Of a stretch of DNA of 64,000 nt, positions 23,481 through 37,157 are shown in pieces. The position numbers and the translations under genes were made by a program. This stretch comes from Halocafeteria seosinensis (lineage: Eukaryota): NCBI GenBank assembly GCA_001687465.1, contig LVLI01000005.1, positions 1 through 64,000 of the forward strand, written 5' to 3'. How positions within the stretch are numbered: the first letter of the stretch is position 1; the number at the start of each line of letters is the position of its first letter. The notes beneath the pieces were generated by a model. The model was not told where the DNA came from. It saw only the letters and a list, made by a program, of their open reading frames with translations, and did no database searches.

Positions 23481-23974
23481 CGGAAGACATGATGCTCCTC
23501 GAGCCAGTTCAAGCAGAAGAGATCCTAGTGGTAATGAGGGCTCCCACGACGTATTTATTGAAGCGTTTGAAGAACTAATAGAAGCTGAAGCAATCGGAAC
23601 CGGGCAAAAACGTAGGCGGATGTTTGAGAATCATCAGAACTCGCTTCGACTCCTCGTTCTTCCCGTCGTACGCTTCGAGCCCGTTTAGAAAAAGCTGTAG
23701 TCAAGTTGATATGCAAAGACCACACCGCTACTGGAGGAATTTTTTCCCTCCCTGAGATTTCCGGGACCAGTTCGCTCCCCTACAATCTCTTTATTGTTCG
23801 CCCTATCTCTTTGTCTACACAATTCGTAAGTACGTTGTCTTTGGTGATGACCCCAACGAAGTGTGAAGCAACTTGAAATGCCTGGAACACAGTGAGTGCC
23901 TGTACGCTGATCGGGTAAAGAATCACAGTCATCAAGATGCTAGACAATTTCGTGAACGTTATTAAGGCCTCAGA
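23481..23974 (+). pseudogene. Decayed partial copy of TAF1 3' region (~21884-22404)
   Basis: Colinear nucleotide matches (GACATGATGCTCC, CGCCCTATCTC, GACCCCAACGAAGT, GATGCTAGACAATTTCGTGAACGT) with indels and stops. Confidence 0.9.
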
Positions 23975-24335
23975 TGCAGCATTCTCCTAGCGATCCGCAA
24001 CCACCGTTTCGCCATTTTGTAGCCATAGTAGTGGTGGATCAGCCGAAGTACAATTGTGATTTGCTCTGGAGACGTGGTGTGTCTCGAATTCTTCATACCT
24101 AAACCTCTGCAGTATACAGTGCCGGAGAAATACCAGGTAGCTACAAGTACAGTAGTAGTACAACCATACAACCCGGTAACTTCCACTTCGCTTAAGAGGT
24201 TGAAGTAGAAGAAAAGTGCCATAAGTCAATACACTCTGGATACCATGATTTGTACATTTTTTTTAAGTGGTAATTGAGCGCGTTGAACAAACTTCGTGCA
24301 TGACTGTCTACCGGTAGCAAAAGCATTCACTCATT

Positions 24336-25319
24336 ATGTTACGGTCTCTGTTCCATCCCTTCAACAGCTCCAAGCTTAAGGCCGCGCTGCAGATGGCCAA
24401 GCATAGGATACGATTGGTGAAGAATAAGAGGACCGAAGAGATACGCAGAGAGCGTCAAAGTGTGGCCGAAGCTCTCCTAGAAGGGAAAGTGGAACGAGCC
24501 AAAGTCCGAGCTGAATCGGTTGTACGCAAGCAAGAGGAGCAAATTGCCTACGAAGCTGTTGAAGATATTTGCGATACGGTTGCCCAGCGCCTGGTAAGTG
24601 ACAAACAGTTGGTTCGCCTCCCTCTCCCATTGAACGGACGTTAGATGTGTGATGCTGGATGGGTGCTACTGCAGCCTTTAATCACCAGTCAGAAAGCGTG
24701 CCCTGAAGCTGTGAAAGAACATGTTTGTACATTGGTGTGGGCTTCGGGTCGAATGGCCGTCAAGGAGCTAGTTACTGTGCGGAACCAATTCTTCACGAAA
24801 TACGATCAGCTGCTTTCCAAGGAGAACTCTCACGTGGCTATAACTTATGTTAACAAAGACATCAAACGCAGACTAGAAAGCATGGTTCCTCCCAATCGAG
24901 ATATCCGAGAACTGCTTCTGGCGATTGCGGAAGAAAGTCAAACACAGCAACACATACCGAAGATTTTTGAATTGCTTCCGGATGAACCTACTAATTCAGC
25001 CTTGGAGGAATCAGGGAAAGCAGGAGAAGTACCAGATGAAGTGGATGAATTTCTGCGTGACATGAGCATGGAGGAAGGGGACGAAGACGAATTGGACTCG
25101 TTAGAGTACGACGACAGCGAGCAGAATGGCATCAAACATAAGGCGACTAATGATGCAAGTGGATCGTCAGACGCCCCCCATTGCGCGTACGCTCCAAAGG
25201 AGGGGGAAAGAGGCGATCGAAAACATAATGATCCGGCTGGTGGTGGCAAGGAAGGAGCATCATCTAGTGCTTACGACACCCTTGCTTCAAGGCTCGCAAA
25301 GCTAAAGGGCAAAACGTAA
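24336..25319 (+). CDS. IST1: IST1-like ESCRT-III-associated protein (intron 24594-24674)
   Basis: FNSSKLKAALQMAKHRIRL, AKVRAESVVR, CPEAVKEHVCTLVWAS..EL, C-terminal YDTLASRLAKLK (MIM1-like). Confidence 0.88.
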
Positions 25320-25447
25320 ACCAACATCTCTAAAAGACTGTACAATTTGTCAAATAACGACGGCAACCGCCTCGTGTTGGTGTTAAGACACGCAACAAAA
25401 CATGCAGGGGAACAGGGCTTGCAAGCGGACGCTTCGTAGTGCTCCCA

Positions 25448-26537
25448 TTAATGGCTCTCGTTGTCCCATTCGCGCAATTGAGGACGAATGTCCTTTTGAA
25501 CCGTGTCGATTGACATAAGAAAGTCGGTCAGTACTTCAAGTTCGCGGTCTGTTTTGTCTCCGTAGAAGGAAGTGCACTTGATTCCATTTGCGGGATGCAA
25601 GCTAAAACATGAAACTCGATTATCAACGATCACAGTTCGTTTGATGTCTCTTCCTAGGCGACCCAAATCTTTAACTAATTTACCTCCTCGCAAGGTACAT
25701 GCATCACGGAAGAGTCGGTGTCGGATCGTCCTATCCCGGTCCAGATTGTCTAATACCTCGTTCGCATAAGCCGTAATTCCAGCCGTAAACATGCAAATTT
25801 CGAATTTTTCTTTAAGACGTTGTAAACATTCATCGAAGAAAGGACGCTTTTGAACGGCAATATTGTATGACTTTCCGTCCATCCAAACGGGAAACAAGAG
25901 GTCCGCCTCGACCGTATCCTGTCGGGAGAGACCGAAAGGGTAATGGCCGAGACAGTTGTAATCGTTGCAAAAATCTGCTTACGCTAAAATTCCCATGGAC
26001 CAACGTTTCATCCAAGTCGAATACCAGCAGTGGTTTTCCTTCATCCTGGCATGCTTGGGGAGGTAGCAATGGTAACGGGAAATCACCATGATCCTGTAAC
26101 GGAAACGTATGCGTCGATTCAGTCTTAGGACATGGGCTTGTCTCCACAGGGACATACTTGCGGTTGCGTTTTGGTATCGAATGATTCCACCGCAGTAGGA
26201 GGCGAAAATGCCGGCAGAATCTGCATTTAGAACGTAAAAGCCTGGAAGTAGCAACGACCCGGGGAAAAAGTGGAGTTCCTACCTTTGTGTTCCGACAGTT
26301 CCAACAACATAGCAAAGTATTCCATTTTTTTGTTGACACGGGCGTTTGCTTAGGCTGCGCAATTATGTGGTGCACGATGCGGTTTGGTGGGAGTATAAGC
26401 GCAGAGTTCCTTACTTGGGTCGTTGGCGAGCGAGACACCCTGTTCGGTCTTGTGTCGGGATTCTTTCCGAAATAATTCCCGGCAAAAGCAGCAGAATGGG
26501 AAGCCATGGAGTGCCTCCTTCGTCGTTTCTGTGGCAC
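25448..26537 (-). CDS. FCP1/SCP-family (NIF) CTD small phosphatase, multi-exon
   Basis: LLVFDLDETLVH, KRP, FTAG..YAN, HRLFRDAC, VKDLGRLGRD, IVDN, PANGI, DRELE; 5' exon structure uncertain. Confidence 0.88.
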
Positions 26538-26715
26538 TTATATACAGTATACTCTTTATCGCGTTTTACAACAACAACTACAGGTGTTCTTACGTACGTT
26601 AGTCACACTTCCATCATACGCTGTTCGATTTCCAGTCCCATTTTCCCAAGCAGCAGGGGACCGTCTAGGCTGCTACGGAAACAAAAGATGATAACGGACC
26701 AGGAATAAACTATGC

Positions 26716-28241
26716 TCAGAAACATGCTTCACATACCATTTCCGAACGCAAGCTAACAAACCCTAGTTTCTGTTTGTCACTTGTTGACGCTCGACGAGCC
26801 TGGATAGGGGTTCTCAACAGGAGTGGGTTCCCGCAGTTGTGCTCAACATGTTTACTTGGACTCACTTTGATGGACTTTTTCGTCTTCGCACCTGATACCA
26901 TGAAGTAGAAAAATGAATGAGCATACTCAATAAAACTTGGAAACTATCGGCCTTTAACACTCACCATTTGACACATCCTGCTCTACTGCTAGTTTCTGCG
27001 AAGCACCCTTACTCGAAGTCCGAAAAATCTGCATAAGGGTGAAACCCTGTTTGGACGTGGTCGTGCGGGTAGAAGCAGTGTTATTTTGATGGATTCCCTG
27101 CGTGGATTCCCGTAATTTGCTTCCTGAAGCCCTTCGTCGGTTTTCCGTGGTACTGGTGGACATGCTGTCAGGTCTTGCCGGTGTGCAACCCTACTGGTAC
27201 TCCTCAGATATGTCTGGCTGTTTTCCCCATTCCACTGCGCGATATACTGCCTATTCTCACATCAGCGATGCTCATGGCTACACACACGATGGAAAAATGA
27301 AAAACTGGGATCTGCACCTGCTAATGCTATTTGTAGTGGAGAAGAAACATCCGGTATCGGCATGCGAGCCGAGCCAGCTGGCGACCAGGCGTTAACTACT
27401 ACCCGGAGACTGACAACGTTGGATTGCAAAGACAGGCAATGCAAGCTACTAAGAAATGTTACAATACTAGCACCGTACCTACCTAATGCGTCCACAATAC
27501 AATTGTTGTAGTTAAGATGTACAAAGATTTGCTTTCTGGTGGTCGCACCTGCGGCACCGCTTGAACCTCTTCGCCTAGGGACTTCGGCTTCGTGATACTT
27601 CGTCGCACTACTCAGTTGTGGTACCAAAACAAGCGATAGTGCGATAACAACGCATGATGGGTAATTGCGGAAAGGCATCCGACTATTAATATGTAATTCA
27701 CTCTTGATAATGGTCCTGGTGCAGGAGAGATTTCCCAGGAACACACTCCGAAGGTGCTTCCCTTCCTCAGATCGTCCACCTAACTCATGGCGATAGCTCC
27801 ACATACTCTGTCCAACGCTCGAATTAACAGAGAAGAACTTCTAAGTCATGTCCGTGTTGAAAAGGCGTTGACCGCCGTCCAACGGATTGACCTGCTAATT
27901 GTGCAGTGCAATGTGCACCATCTCATGCCTCCACAGTTCCACACGGATCACACTCATGTGGGTATAGTATGGCATACACGCAGCACTGGCCAATTACGTC
28001 TTGATGCGTTGGGGATGTTTACAGATCTATGACATAGATAAAGCAAAGTTCGCTTACAGCCATTAGCTCGGAACTGAGTCCGGGAACTCGCTGTCCACAT
28101 GAGAGGTTGCCAAGTTGCAATGCCGTGGTACCATACTCCACACACACAGGTTGGGGACCTGTGTAGATTGCCGCGAACATAAACGAAAGCCGTGGTTCTA
28201 TTTGTCCATTTGATGTCGTTCATCGAGTTATACCGATCCAT
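26716..28241 (-). pseudogene. Possible decayed membrane-protein gene; no intact model found
   Basis: Hydrophobic peptide fragments in shifting frames separated by stops. Confidence 0.2.
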
Positions 28242-28432
28242 AGCGAGTCATGAGTACCTAGGTTTCCTGAACATCGGAACGATTCCGATATTTGTGAACC
28301 TGAAAGCGACAGCCGTTTACGGACTGCGCGCCTTAAAGATTATCGAGGCAACGTCCGGGATTGACTCCAAACCCAGCATTATCGACGATCTCGCTGAGTA
28401 AATTAAATTCCAATTGGTTGATATATTCGCAT

Positions 28433-31400
28433 ATGAACGACAAACCCATGTCTTCAGCCGAAACACAAGCCTCTGCCAATGCAGGGGCCGGGGTGCCTTC
28501 CGCTGAGAAGGCGTTCCAGAACGTGCAGGTCGCTGTACGGTGCCGCCCATTGAACAACAAAGAGAGACAAAACAACGACACTCAGGTGACGAAATTCGAA
28601 AAGAAAAACGCTGCGATCGAGGTGGATCATCCAAAAATACCGCAGAACCGTCGATATGCTTTTGACAGGGTAAGTTAGCGGAACAGACGCGCGCGCGCGC
28701 GCAAATCTTCCTGGTGGCTTTACAACGCTTCCAACCTTTGTGCCGTCACTCATTATATGAATCCCTTCATTACTCACAAAGTGTTCTGTTTTATCCTTTG
28801 CTTTCTGCAGGTATTCAACCAGGACACAACGCAGGTAAGAAACGGCAGCTGGGCTCTCTGTCGGCTCCAAAACAGCTCTAAACGTCTGTGGCTCATTCTA
28901 CCTCGTGCAGGGTTACCTCTTTGATTCGTGTGTCGTCCCAATAATCGACGAAGTGCTACAAGGTTACAGCTGTACTGTGTTTGCATATGGTCAAACGGGC
29001 ACCGGCAAAACGTACACTATGGAAGGTGACTACAGTCGCTCCACTTCAGAGTCAATGAGTGAAAACGCCGGAATCATCCCAAGAGCTGTTAACCGTATCT
29101 TCAACTACCTTAGGAACGAGCACTCCGATAGTGATGAATATAGTGTTCGAATGTCGTTCCTGGAGCTCTACAACGAGCAGCTGACGGACTTGCTCTCTGC
29201 AGACGAAGACGATCTCCCTATCGATGCCGAGTGGTACGCTAAAGGTGGGAAACAGTATGATGTTAGAAAAATGGCAAAGGCTGGAATTAAGCCTCAAGCT
29301 AAATCAAAACTGCACATCGTTGACGATGGCCGACGAGGAGTGACCGTGCAGAACCTTGAGGAAATGTTGGTGCACTCGGAAGAAGAGGTGTTTTCTCATG
29401 TAAAGAAGGGTTTCGAAAAGAGACAAGTTGCGCAAACGAAGTGCAACGACTTTTCTTCTCGATCTCATGCGATTTTCACTCTTACCATCCACAGCAAAGA
29501 AACTACTGAAGATGGGGAAGAAATAATGAAAGTAGGCAAGCTCAACTTAGTCGATTTGGCTGGCTCAGAGTGCATTGGTCGCTCGGGTGCCAAGGGGAAA
29601 CAACGCCAAGAAGCGTCTGTAATAAATAGATCTCTCCTAACTCTTGGGAGGGTGATTTCCGCTTTGGTCGAGAAGCAACCGCACGTACCCTATAGGGACT
29701 CAAAGCTGACGAGATTACTTCAAGACTCTCTTGGTGGTCACACGAAGACATGCATAATTGCTACGATGTCGCCCGCTTCGAGTTGCGTCGAAGAAACATT
29801 GTCAACTCTAGACTACGCATGGAGAGCAAAACAGATCAAAAACATTCCCACAGCGAACGCTAAGATGACAAAGCACAAAATGTTGAAAGAATTTACGTCA
29901 GAGATCGACCAATTGCAAAGAATGTTACAGGCGTCGCGGGAGAAAGATGGGGTTTACCTACCTCAAGACATGTATGATGAATTAACTGCAGCGAAAAAAG
30001 CCGCTGAATTGAGGGTCACGGAACTTGAAGACCTGAAAATGGCCCAGACCGAAGAAATTGAGGAGCTAAGACAGTCGCTCAAAGATTTCGAAGAAAAGCT
30101 GGAAGAAAGCAGGGAGGCTCACCATAAAACAAAAAACCAACTGCACCAGGCAACGTCTGTTCTAAATGAAACTACTGAAAATCTCCTTAACCGCCGAGCA
30201 GAATGCGAAGAAAAAGGCGTACTCTTGTTTGCTCATCGTGAGTCGGAAAAAATGCTACACTCTCAGGCTCGGGACCTAGTGAACGAACTGAAGGGCAGTG
30301 TCTCTGACGTTCGCGGGTTGCATTCCAAAGCCGAGCGACAGCAGCGTTCAGAACAAGAAAACTACTCTAAAGTAGAGAAGTATCGAGATAACTGTAGAAG
30401 CAGGCTCTCCTCTTTGGTAGACCGAACAAACCAGTTTACATCAGGGCAACGAAAAGGGTTTGACTTCCTTTTGCAGAATTTAGATCAACAAGCTGAATCC
30501 CAGAGTTCGCAGATGAAGACACTGAAGCAGTCCCTGGAGACCACCCAACAGGCATTCAAAGATGGACTCAACTCTGTGGAGGAAAAACTGCAAAAACAGC
30601 AGAAACAGGCTCAACAGGAGCAGGAATCCCTCCGATACACAAGCTCCAAGACAAGTCAGGGCTTCAGCGACGAACTGGCTTCGCTCCAAGAACAAGTCCA
30701 AAGCCAAATCAACCAAATCAAAGAAGTGTTGGAGAGCGAAAGGTCTGGACAGCAACAAGCGTTACAGCGCTCGAAGGATGTCCTTAAGCAGATGGACAAC
30801 TCAATGTCAAGTTTTCTTGAACAGTATCATTCAGATCTCTCGAAGCTACAGGAAGCGAGTGATGCAGGATTTGATACAGCTATTCAGACCCTTGTGTCCC
30901 AAAGAATCCAGCTTCAGGCTTTCGAAAAATCAAGAAAGTCTAGTTTGGAGAAAGCAGGCCAAGAACTCATCTCAGCAGTACAGAATTCTGTGCAGAAGAT
31001 GATCGAAGAGCAGTCCGAAAGCACAAGTGAAGCCGTGAACAACCTCAATGAGAAAGGAAACTCAGCAATTAGCAACCTTGAGAAAACGAAAACGGACGTC
31101 AACGAGAAAGCCGAAAATTCAAAGAGTGGAGTTGATGAATGGATTCGTCAGCAACAAGAAGATATTAGTAAGGAGAGCGGTGCCAGGGAGCAAGATATGG
31201 AAACACTGAAGGGATGCGAAGCATCCGTGAGCAAAGCAAGCAACGACATCAGTGCACTTGCTGTCGATTCCGTAACAAAAATTGGGGAACAAAATACAAA
31301 TTGGCTGAATACTATCGAAAGCAGTATCAACCGGCTTGGAGATACCTGGAAAACTACGACTTCCGAGGTCAAGCGCTTGCAAGAAGGCTCGGAGAGTGAG

Positions 31401-32483
31401 GTTAGCAAGTGCTTTTCGGATCTCCATCAGAAGATAGATAGTTCCTCAGAGCAGATCAAATCGAACGTCAAAGAAAACAAGTCAGCTCTTGCGGAAAGCA
31501 AACACGAAGCTTCAAATCTTGGCGAGTTCGTTTCGGAATGGAAAGAAGCGGAGAATGGACACATCAGTACTTTGGTAGACGAAGAGATTGCGCTGTGTCC
31601 CGCAACAGGTACAACTCCTGCGAAGCGAACGTACAATGTTCCTGAGCAACTTGTATGCACATCACCTCACGAGAGTATCATGGAGCGTTTCCGCTCCCAC
31701 AAATCGCAACGTACCAGTTCTTCCTCGGATGCCACCTCCAGCAACGCCGCTCGGGTCACAGAGTCTGGCGAACTCCAGATCCCTGATATTTCATCATTGG
31801 AAAATCCAGCCAATGTGGAACACGCTTACACGGTAAACGCGCCAGCGGAAGTAGCTAAAGGCATTGCGTACGGAGACAGTGGAAGACCAAAGCCTTCTCT
31901 CGTCCCTATATCACCATCACAAACGCGCGTAAGCACTCCCAAGGCACTCAGACACAAGGATGACACCGCTCAGGCAATTAGCTTCGAAGGGGCCAAGGAT
32001 CAGTCAGCAGAGCAATCAAACGATGAATGGTTTGGCAACAGTCACGAGCAGCAGAGCCCTAAAGAGCAGGAGGGAGAACAGGAAGGGTCCAGCAATAAGT
32101 CCGAAGAAAACACGCCTCCGGAATCCCGCTCTAGCGTCAGTTCTTCAGAGTCTCGTAGCAGCGAAACGAACGTACATCGTGGTCCGCCGACGACTTCATC
32201 CAGAGCTCCCAAGGTTTCAAATCAGCAGAAACGGCTCGTTAGGACAGCGAGCAGCTCATCGATGAGCACTACTGGATCTAAAGAAAACGACAATGAAAGT
32301 GTGGACGATGGAGACACGCAAAACAGAAGAGGTACGACAGGCAGTACTTCCTCTTCCAGAATTCCCGCTTTATCGAAAACCTCTCGCTCCAAATCGAGAG
32401 GTGGATCAAGCTCTCTGAGGAGGCAAACGAGAGCGACGGCAAAGCGCACGGGGCTCAGCGACGCTTCCAACACTCAGGAATAG
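28433..32483 (+). CDS. KIF11: Kinesin-5 (BimC/Eg5); exons 28433-28669, 28811-28834, 28911-32483
   Basis: VQVAVRCRP, FAYGQTGTGKTYTMEG, SSRSH, LNLVDLAGSECIGRSGA, HVPYRDSKLTRLLQDSLGG, BimC box TGTTPAKR, coiled-coil stalk. Confidence 0.95.
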
Positions 32484-32649
32484 TGGAATGAACTTTTTGC
32501 CGACGAATGCATAGAAAAACATTTTAAGTAAGTAAGAGAATTCAATTTCGTTTAAGCGAAGGAAAATAAATGAATCCCGCACTAAGATACAAGGTTAGCA
32601 AACCAGTAAGGTATCGTTGATAACTATTCTCTCCATTTATTTTGCGATC

Positions 32650-33117
32650 TTAACTAGTTTCGTCTCCAGCACTGCTGGAATCAGTATCTGATTCTTCGGA
32701 GTCTTCCTCACTTTCACTCTCCACGGTGGCTTTCCATTCCAACATATTTTGGATGTATTTTCCTATGGTCTTATTGTTCGGTTCATGTTGTTGGACTGTG
32801 GGGAATTAACTAGGGATTGTGATCCATGGCCAATTCACCACCTCAATGAAGGACTTACTCAGTCTCGCATGCCTTAATCCAATTTTGATCCATTTGGCAA
32901 TTGAGGCTCGTTTTTCCTCACTATCGTTGTCATCCTTTTCCTCGTTATCGTTAGCTACACCCTGTAGCTCTTGTATCTTGAATAAAGCTTCCTGAAACTG
33001 CAAATCGTCCGGTAATTGTGTTCCGTGCTCCAATTTCACAACGGCCGTCTCCTTGCTTACCTTTTTCATTAACTCAAGCGGAGCTCCATTTGCTTCTTTA
33101 GTAGAAGATGATGCCAT
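32650..33117 (-). CDS. Small acidic-tailed protein, ERICH2-like (3 exons)
   Basis: Spliced APLELMKK-FQEAL...HEPNNKTIGKY followed by E/S/D-rich tail resembles my recollection of the ERICH2 core APLEL..YEPEN. Confidence 0.5.
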
Positions 33118-33608
33118 AGCCCACACACACTAATGAAGACAGTTGATAGGGTTAGATACACTTTGTAGAAGACACACAAATCGTCGTGTATTGGTCATTC
33201 AAGCTGACTTGAAGCTGCAACAGCTTCACAAAGTATATTGTCATTTGAATTACCACCCCAATTTGTCGGTGTGAGACGAAATTCACTCGTATGTAGAATC
33301 TCATAGCGTGTTACTGACAATATGAAACTTTGTTCGCTTCCTTTCGCATAGGCATCAATTTCGGTAACGCCATTTACCTAGCGAACGGAAACCTGGAAGA
33401 AACACTGCATGTTATACATCAGATACTGTACATGATCCACCACAGAACCAGAGAACCAGAACGTCTGGTCATGTAGCTCATGGTATGTAACCATGACGAG
33501 ACAACATGTTCTTTGTGATCCACAGAGAGCGAGTTAGCTTCCAGACTATAGTCCCCTAAGGCATCAAGCTCAATGGACACTCTAACGTATCAGATTCATG
33601 CCACGTAT

Positions 33609-35285
33609 CATATGGAATCAATGCGGACGCCTGTGGGAGAGGACGGAGGTGAACTGGTTCCGTAACTTTCCAATTCTCGTGTATAATAACCAGCAAGCGG
33701 TTTCTTTGTGCCTCTTGTATCCTTTGCCACTAGTATAAGCACTTCAAGTATCTGCAAGCACACGATATGGTTGAAAATAGATAGCACGCTGGGGAGTGAG
33801 AAGCGACAAGAGTATGGGACGCACCGTGACGACTAGTACCAAGACGGTACCAGCAAGGTAGCAATGTACAGCTACAACAAATTCTTTGATCAAAACATCC
33901 TCATAATTTCCGTCAATATCGGCTGCCCAGGTCCAAGAGAGTACATGTAACGATTACACAAACGCAAGGATGTATTCGAAACTTACTCATGCAAAAGGCC
34001 GACGGAGCGGCCTGCAACGCGGCCTCATCGTTGGCGTACTTGCTACTCTTCTCTTCGCGTACGCATTCTGGAGTTCCGCGACTACCAAGATTGGGAACCT
34101 GCCCCTTTTTGCAGTCCCCTAACTGCGTTTGAGAACAATGAAACTCCCATGTCTGTCGAACAAGTGAATTGCAACGTTGGACTTACTTCGCCAGCATAAT
34201 CTTTGGGCGATAGTCCTTTGCATTCAGTAAAAGTACCACTCAGAAACCTCAAATTGGTAACATATCTTCCATTTATAGCTGTAAAGATGATGGTTACCGA
34301 CAAGATCACCAGGAAGGGGATGAAGAGGTTACTCAGGATTGACGTCCTCTTGGAAAACAAATAGACAGCTACCGTGACAGTTGCAATAGAGCTGAGTACC
34401 ACTTGACTTATCGACACCACTATTTGCATGGACCGTTGATTTGGGATATCCATAGGCGCTGCTGTGACACCATCAGGCAGATATGTTTGAGAGCAAAGAA
34501 TGGATTCGAATTGGGTCTGAAGAAAGGGGGATGTCGTCCCGCCTCCGGCGAACCAACATTGGTGGTTGTACAGATCCACTAAGGGGCTAGTTTCATTCGC
34601 GATCCAACTTGAAGCAAGTAGCGGATCACATTTCTGCAGCAGCAGGCATCGTGAAATCGCGCATTCCGTTGCTGTGTATCTCATCAAAGCGGTAGTTGTA
34701 TGGTACGCACCTTCGGGTGGACAAGCATTCCATTGGAGTTTGTAGCGCAGGAAGAATTCGTTGCGACGTTCTCTCGGAACTCAGAGCAACTGATAAAGCG
34801 TAGGAGAAGACAAGTTGATCTAGATTGGACTCCTTGCCTGGAAGTTCGAGGACACTTCGAGTTACAACAAGCTGGAGTATAGATCAGATGGAATGGGCGA
34901 CAAACTAACCAAACCAGTCCTCGGGACGTAAAGTTCACAAGCACTCCTGTCTTTGCGGGTAATCCTCCGTAGAAAGCTTTGTCGAACGATAGATTTACTG
35001 AAGTAACAGCCCCATAAATCGTTAGCACGACACCCGGCTGGGTTACAATTCAAATGAGCTGGAATGATTATCAACGCCAGGATGAGAATACTCATACCAT
35101 GCACGTACCACGAACAACAAAATTGTTGATACCAGTAAAGAATACTTCCACTTCTTAGTTTCTGTCCGAGTGCAACAATGCACACAACTCTGGCGGAGCT
35201 TGGAAGTATACCCGCTTCTCGCATTGTTAACGAGCATGTCAGCACTCGTGGCAGTACTCGTGCTCTCCTCTCGATTGTTCCCCAT
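33609..35285 (-). pseudogene. Multi-pass membrane protein, apparently disrupted
   Basis: Consecutive ORF fragments (35043-35285, 34684-35028, 34082-34687) with TM-like segments and Cys-rich loops, broken by stops and frame changes; intron-like signals at the 3' end. Confidence 0.4.
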
Positions 35286-35601
35286 TGTCTCTTCTTCCCT
35301 ACGCTACCTGTTGTATCAAACCATAATTTTTTCACAGTGTTCTACAGAACAGCACTCTCATCTTGGGATTTCAGTGTAACGCATAAGGTCGCGCTCGACA
35401 GCGACTCCGCAGTTTTACCCTGGGGTGTCACTGTGTCAGCCACGGCATGTTGAAGTAGGGAAAATAAAAGTTGAAGTGTGCCCATGTCGGAGTCATTCCA
35501 ATTGACTGTTATTCTGAATTAATTTATTCAGCGTTGTAAGTTAATTCCCCTTTGTAATAGTCGTATTTTGTTAGAGTGGTAGCGAGAGCTAGTGCACGAG
35601 A

Positions 35602-36494
35602 ATGGTGTTCTACTTTACAGCCCGTGATGGCTGCACAATTTACATGGGAAAGGATAAGCATGAAAACGAAACATTGCTCAAATATGGATGGCCAGAGGAT
35701 ATCTGGTTCCATGTAGATGACCTTTCGTCGGCGCATGTATATCTGAGGCTCCCAAGCATCGTACGTACTGGCGCAGAAGCGGCAGATGATGCGTAGCCTC
35801 GGGATCTTACGCTTGTTTGCTGGATCGAATACAGGGTTCTACATGGGATGATCTGTCAGAGGAGGCATTGGAGGACTGTTGTCAGCTCGTCAAGGCAAAT
35901 AGCATTCACGGATGTAAAAAATCTTCAGTGAAAGTGGTACGTGCAGGTGTGCTTACCTGCAAAAGCCGACGCCAGTAGTCAACGACATTGATTCTCCACT
36001 CAGGTTTATACGCCGTGGAATAATCTGCTCAAGACAAAGGAGATGGTGGAAGGACAGGTGGGATATAAAAATACCAGAATGGTTGAATCGTACACAGGTA
36101 AGTCAGTGTAACAGATGTGTTCTTCGCCCTTGTGGGCTGGCTATTCTATATGTTCTACCCACGTGCAGTAGAGAAACGGGACAAAGAAATACTGAAGCGA
36201 CTGGCCAAGACGAAACGAGAAGTACATCCAGATCTACAGAAAGAGAGAGCAGGGAGAGATAGAGAAGAGATAGAAATGCGTAAGAAAGAAAGGAAGAAAA
36301 AACTCGAGGAAGAAAAGAGGTTGCAGGAAGAAAGGGAAAAGGAAAAGGAGTTAAAGTCGTACAAAACACTGTTCCAGTCGGAGGCAGCATCGTACGAAGG
36401 TGCAGCCGCAGCAAGTGACGATCTATTCGGGGGCCGCATCAAGTCGACTTTGGATCAAACAGCGGCTAAGGAATATGAGGAAGACTTCATGTAG
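35602..36494 (+). CDS. CCDC25: CCDC25 / NFACT RNA-binding domain protein (4 exons)
   Basis: [61 protein letters not shown]-terminal EEDFM. Confidence 0.96.
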
Positions 36495-36644
36495 ACTCTG
36501 TCCTATTCTACCTCGCAAATACGGGTAGTAAGGCGTTGCAATTGAGAGAAGAATCCGCCCTTCCTCTTTACGCCCATAAATACAATAAGTTCTTCCTAAT
36601 ACCACCACTTTTCGCCTCTATCCGTATAGCGCTTGTCTCGGCGA

Positions 36645-37157
36645 TCACGCGAACCTGTTTTCTCCAGGATCTGGCGTTCTTGAGTACTCCTGCACGTCAA
36701 TATGATCGCGCCTTGGAGTCCTATTCCGCCCATTGACTGGTATATCTCTAGGAGGCCTAGAAGGAGGTGGTCTGGAATCCGTGGATATAGCCCTGACGTC
36801 GGGTGTCCCTGTTTCAGTTAGCGACGGTGTATCTGTCATACCTTGAGTACTATATTGTTGCTGTTGCTTCTTCCACCACATTGGACTTAAGTTTGTTTGC
36901 ACAACGTCAGGTTCACCATTTGAATTATCCTGACTCCTCATAGTGGTGTTATCTAAATCTACTTTCGTTTGTTCTGTACAGTGCCTTGGAGGTGTAGACT
37001 TCTCTTTGAAAAAACACGGGCAGCAACACCAACAGCAGTCCCACACCGATTTCTCTTCTTCTATGGTGGCCGGTGGTTGACCCGAGTCTTCGTGTCTAAC
37101 GTAAGGGGTCGTGCAGTATCTATCCAAGTCAACATTGCTAGGAGTATTTGTGCCCAT
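36645..37157 (-). CDS. Hypothetical small protein with N-terminal MG and cysteine string
   Basis: MGTNTPS.. and WDCCWCCCPCFF within an open frame. Confidence 0.45.
   Translation of the reverse strand: MGTNTPSNVDLDRYCTTPYVRHEDSGQPPATIEEEKSVWDCCWCCCPCFFKEKSTPPRHCTEQTKVDLDNTTMRSQDNSNGEPDVVQTNLSPMWWKKQQQQYSTQGMTDTPSLTETGTPDVRAISTDSRPPPSRPPRDIPVNGRNRTPRRDHIDVQEYSRTPDPGENRFA

Noticed and set aside
23481..23974. RIP-like C-to-T hypermutation of the TAF1 duplicate
   Set aside because: Differences include transversions, indels and changes in both directions
13400..33730. U12-type donor-like words (GTATCCTT at ~13400 minus and ~33717 plus; ATATCCTT at ~17297 plus)
   Set aside because: None lies at an intron boundary of a gene on the matching strand
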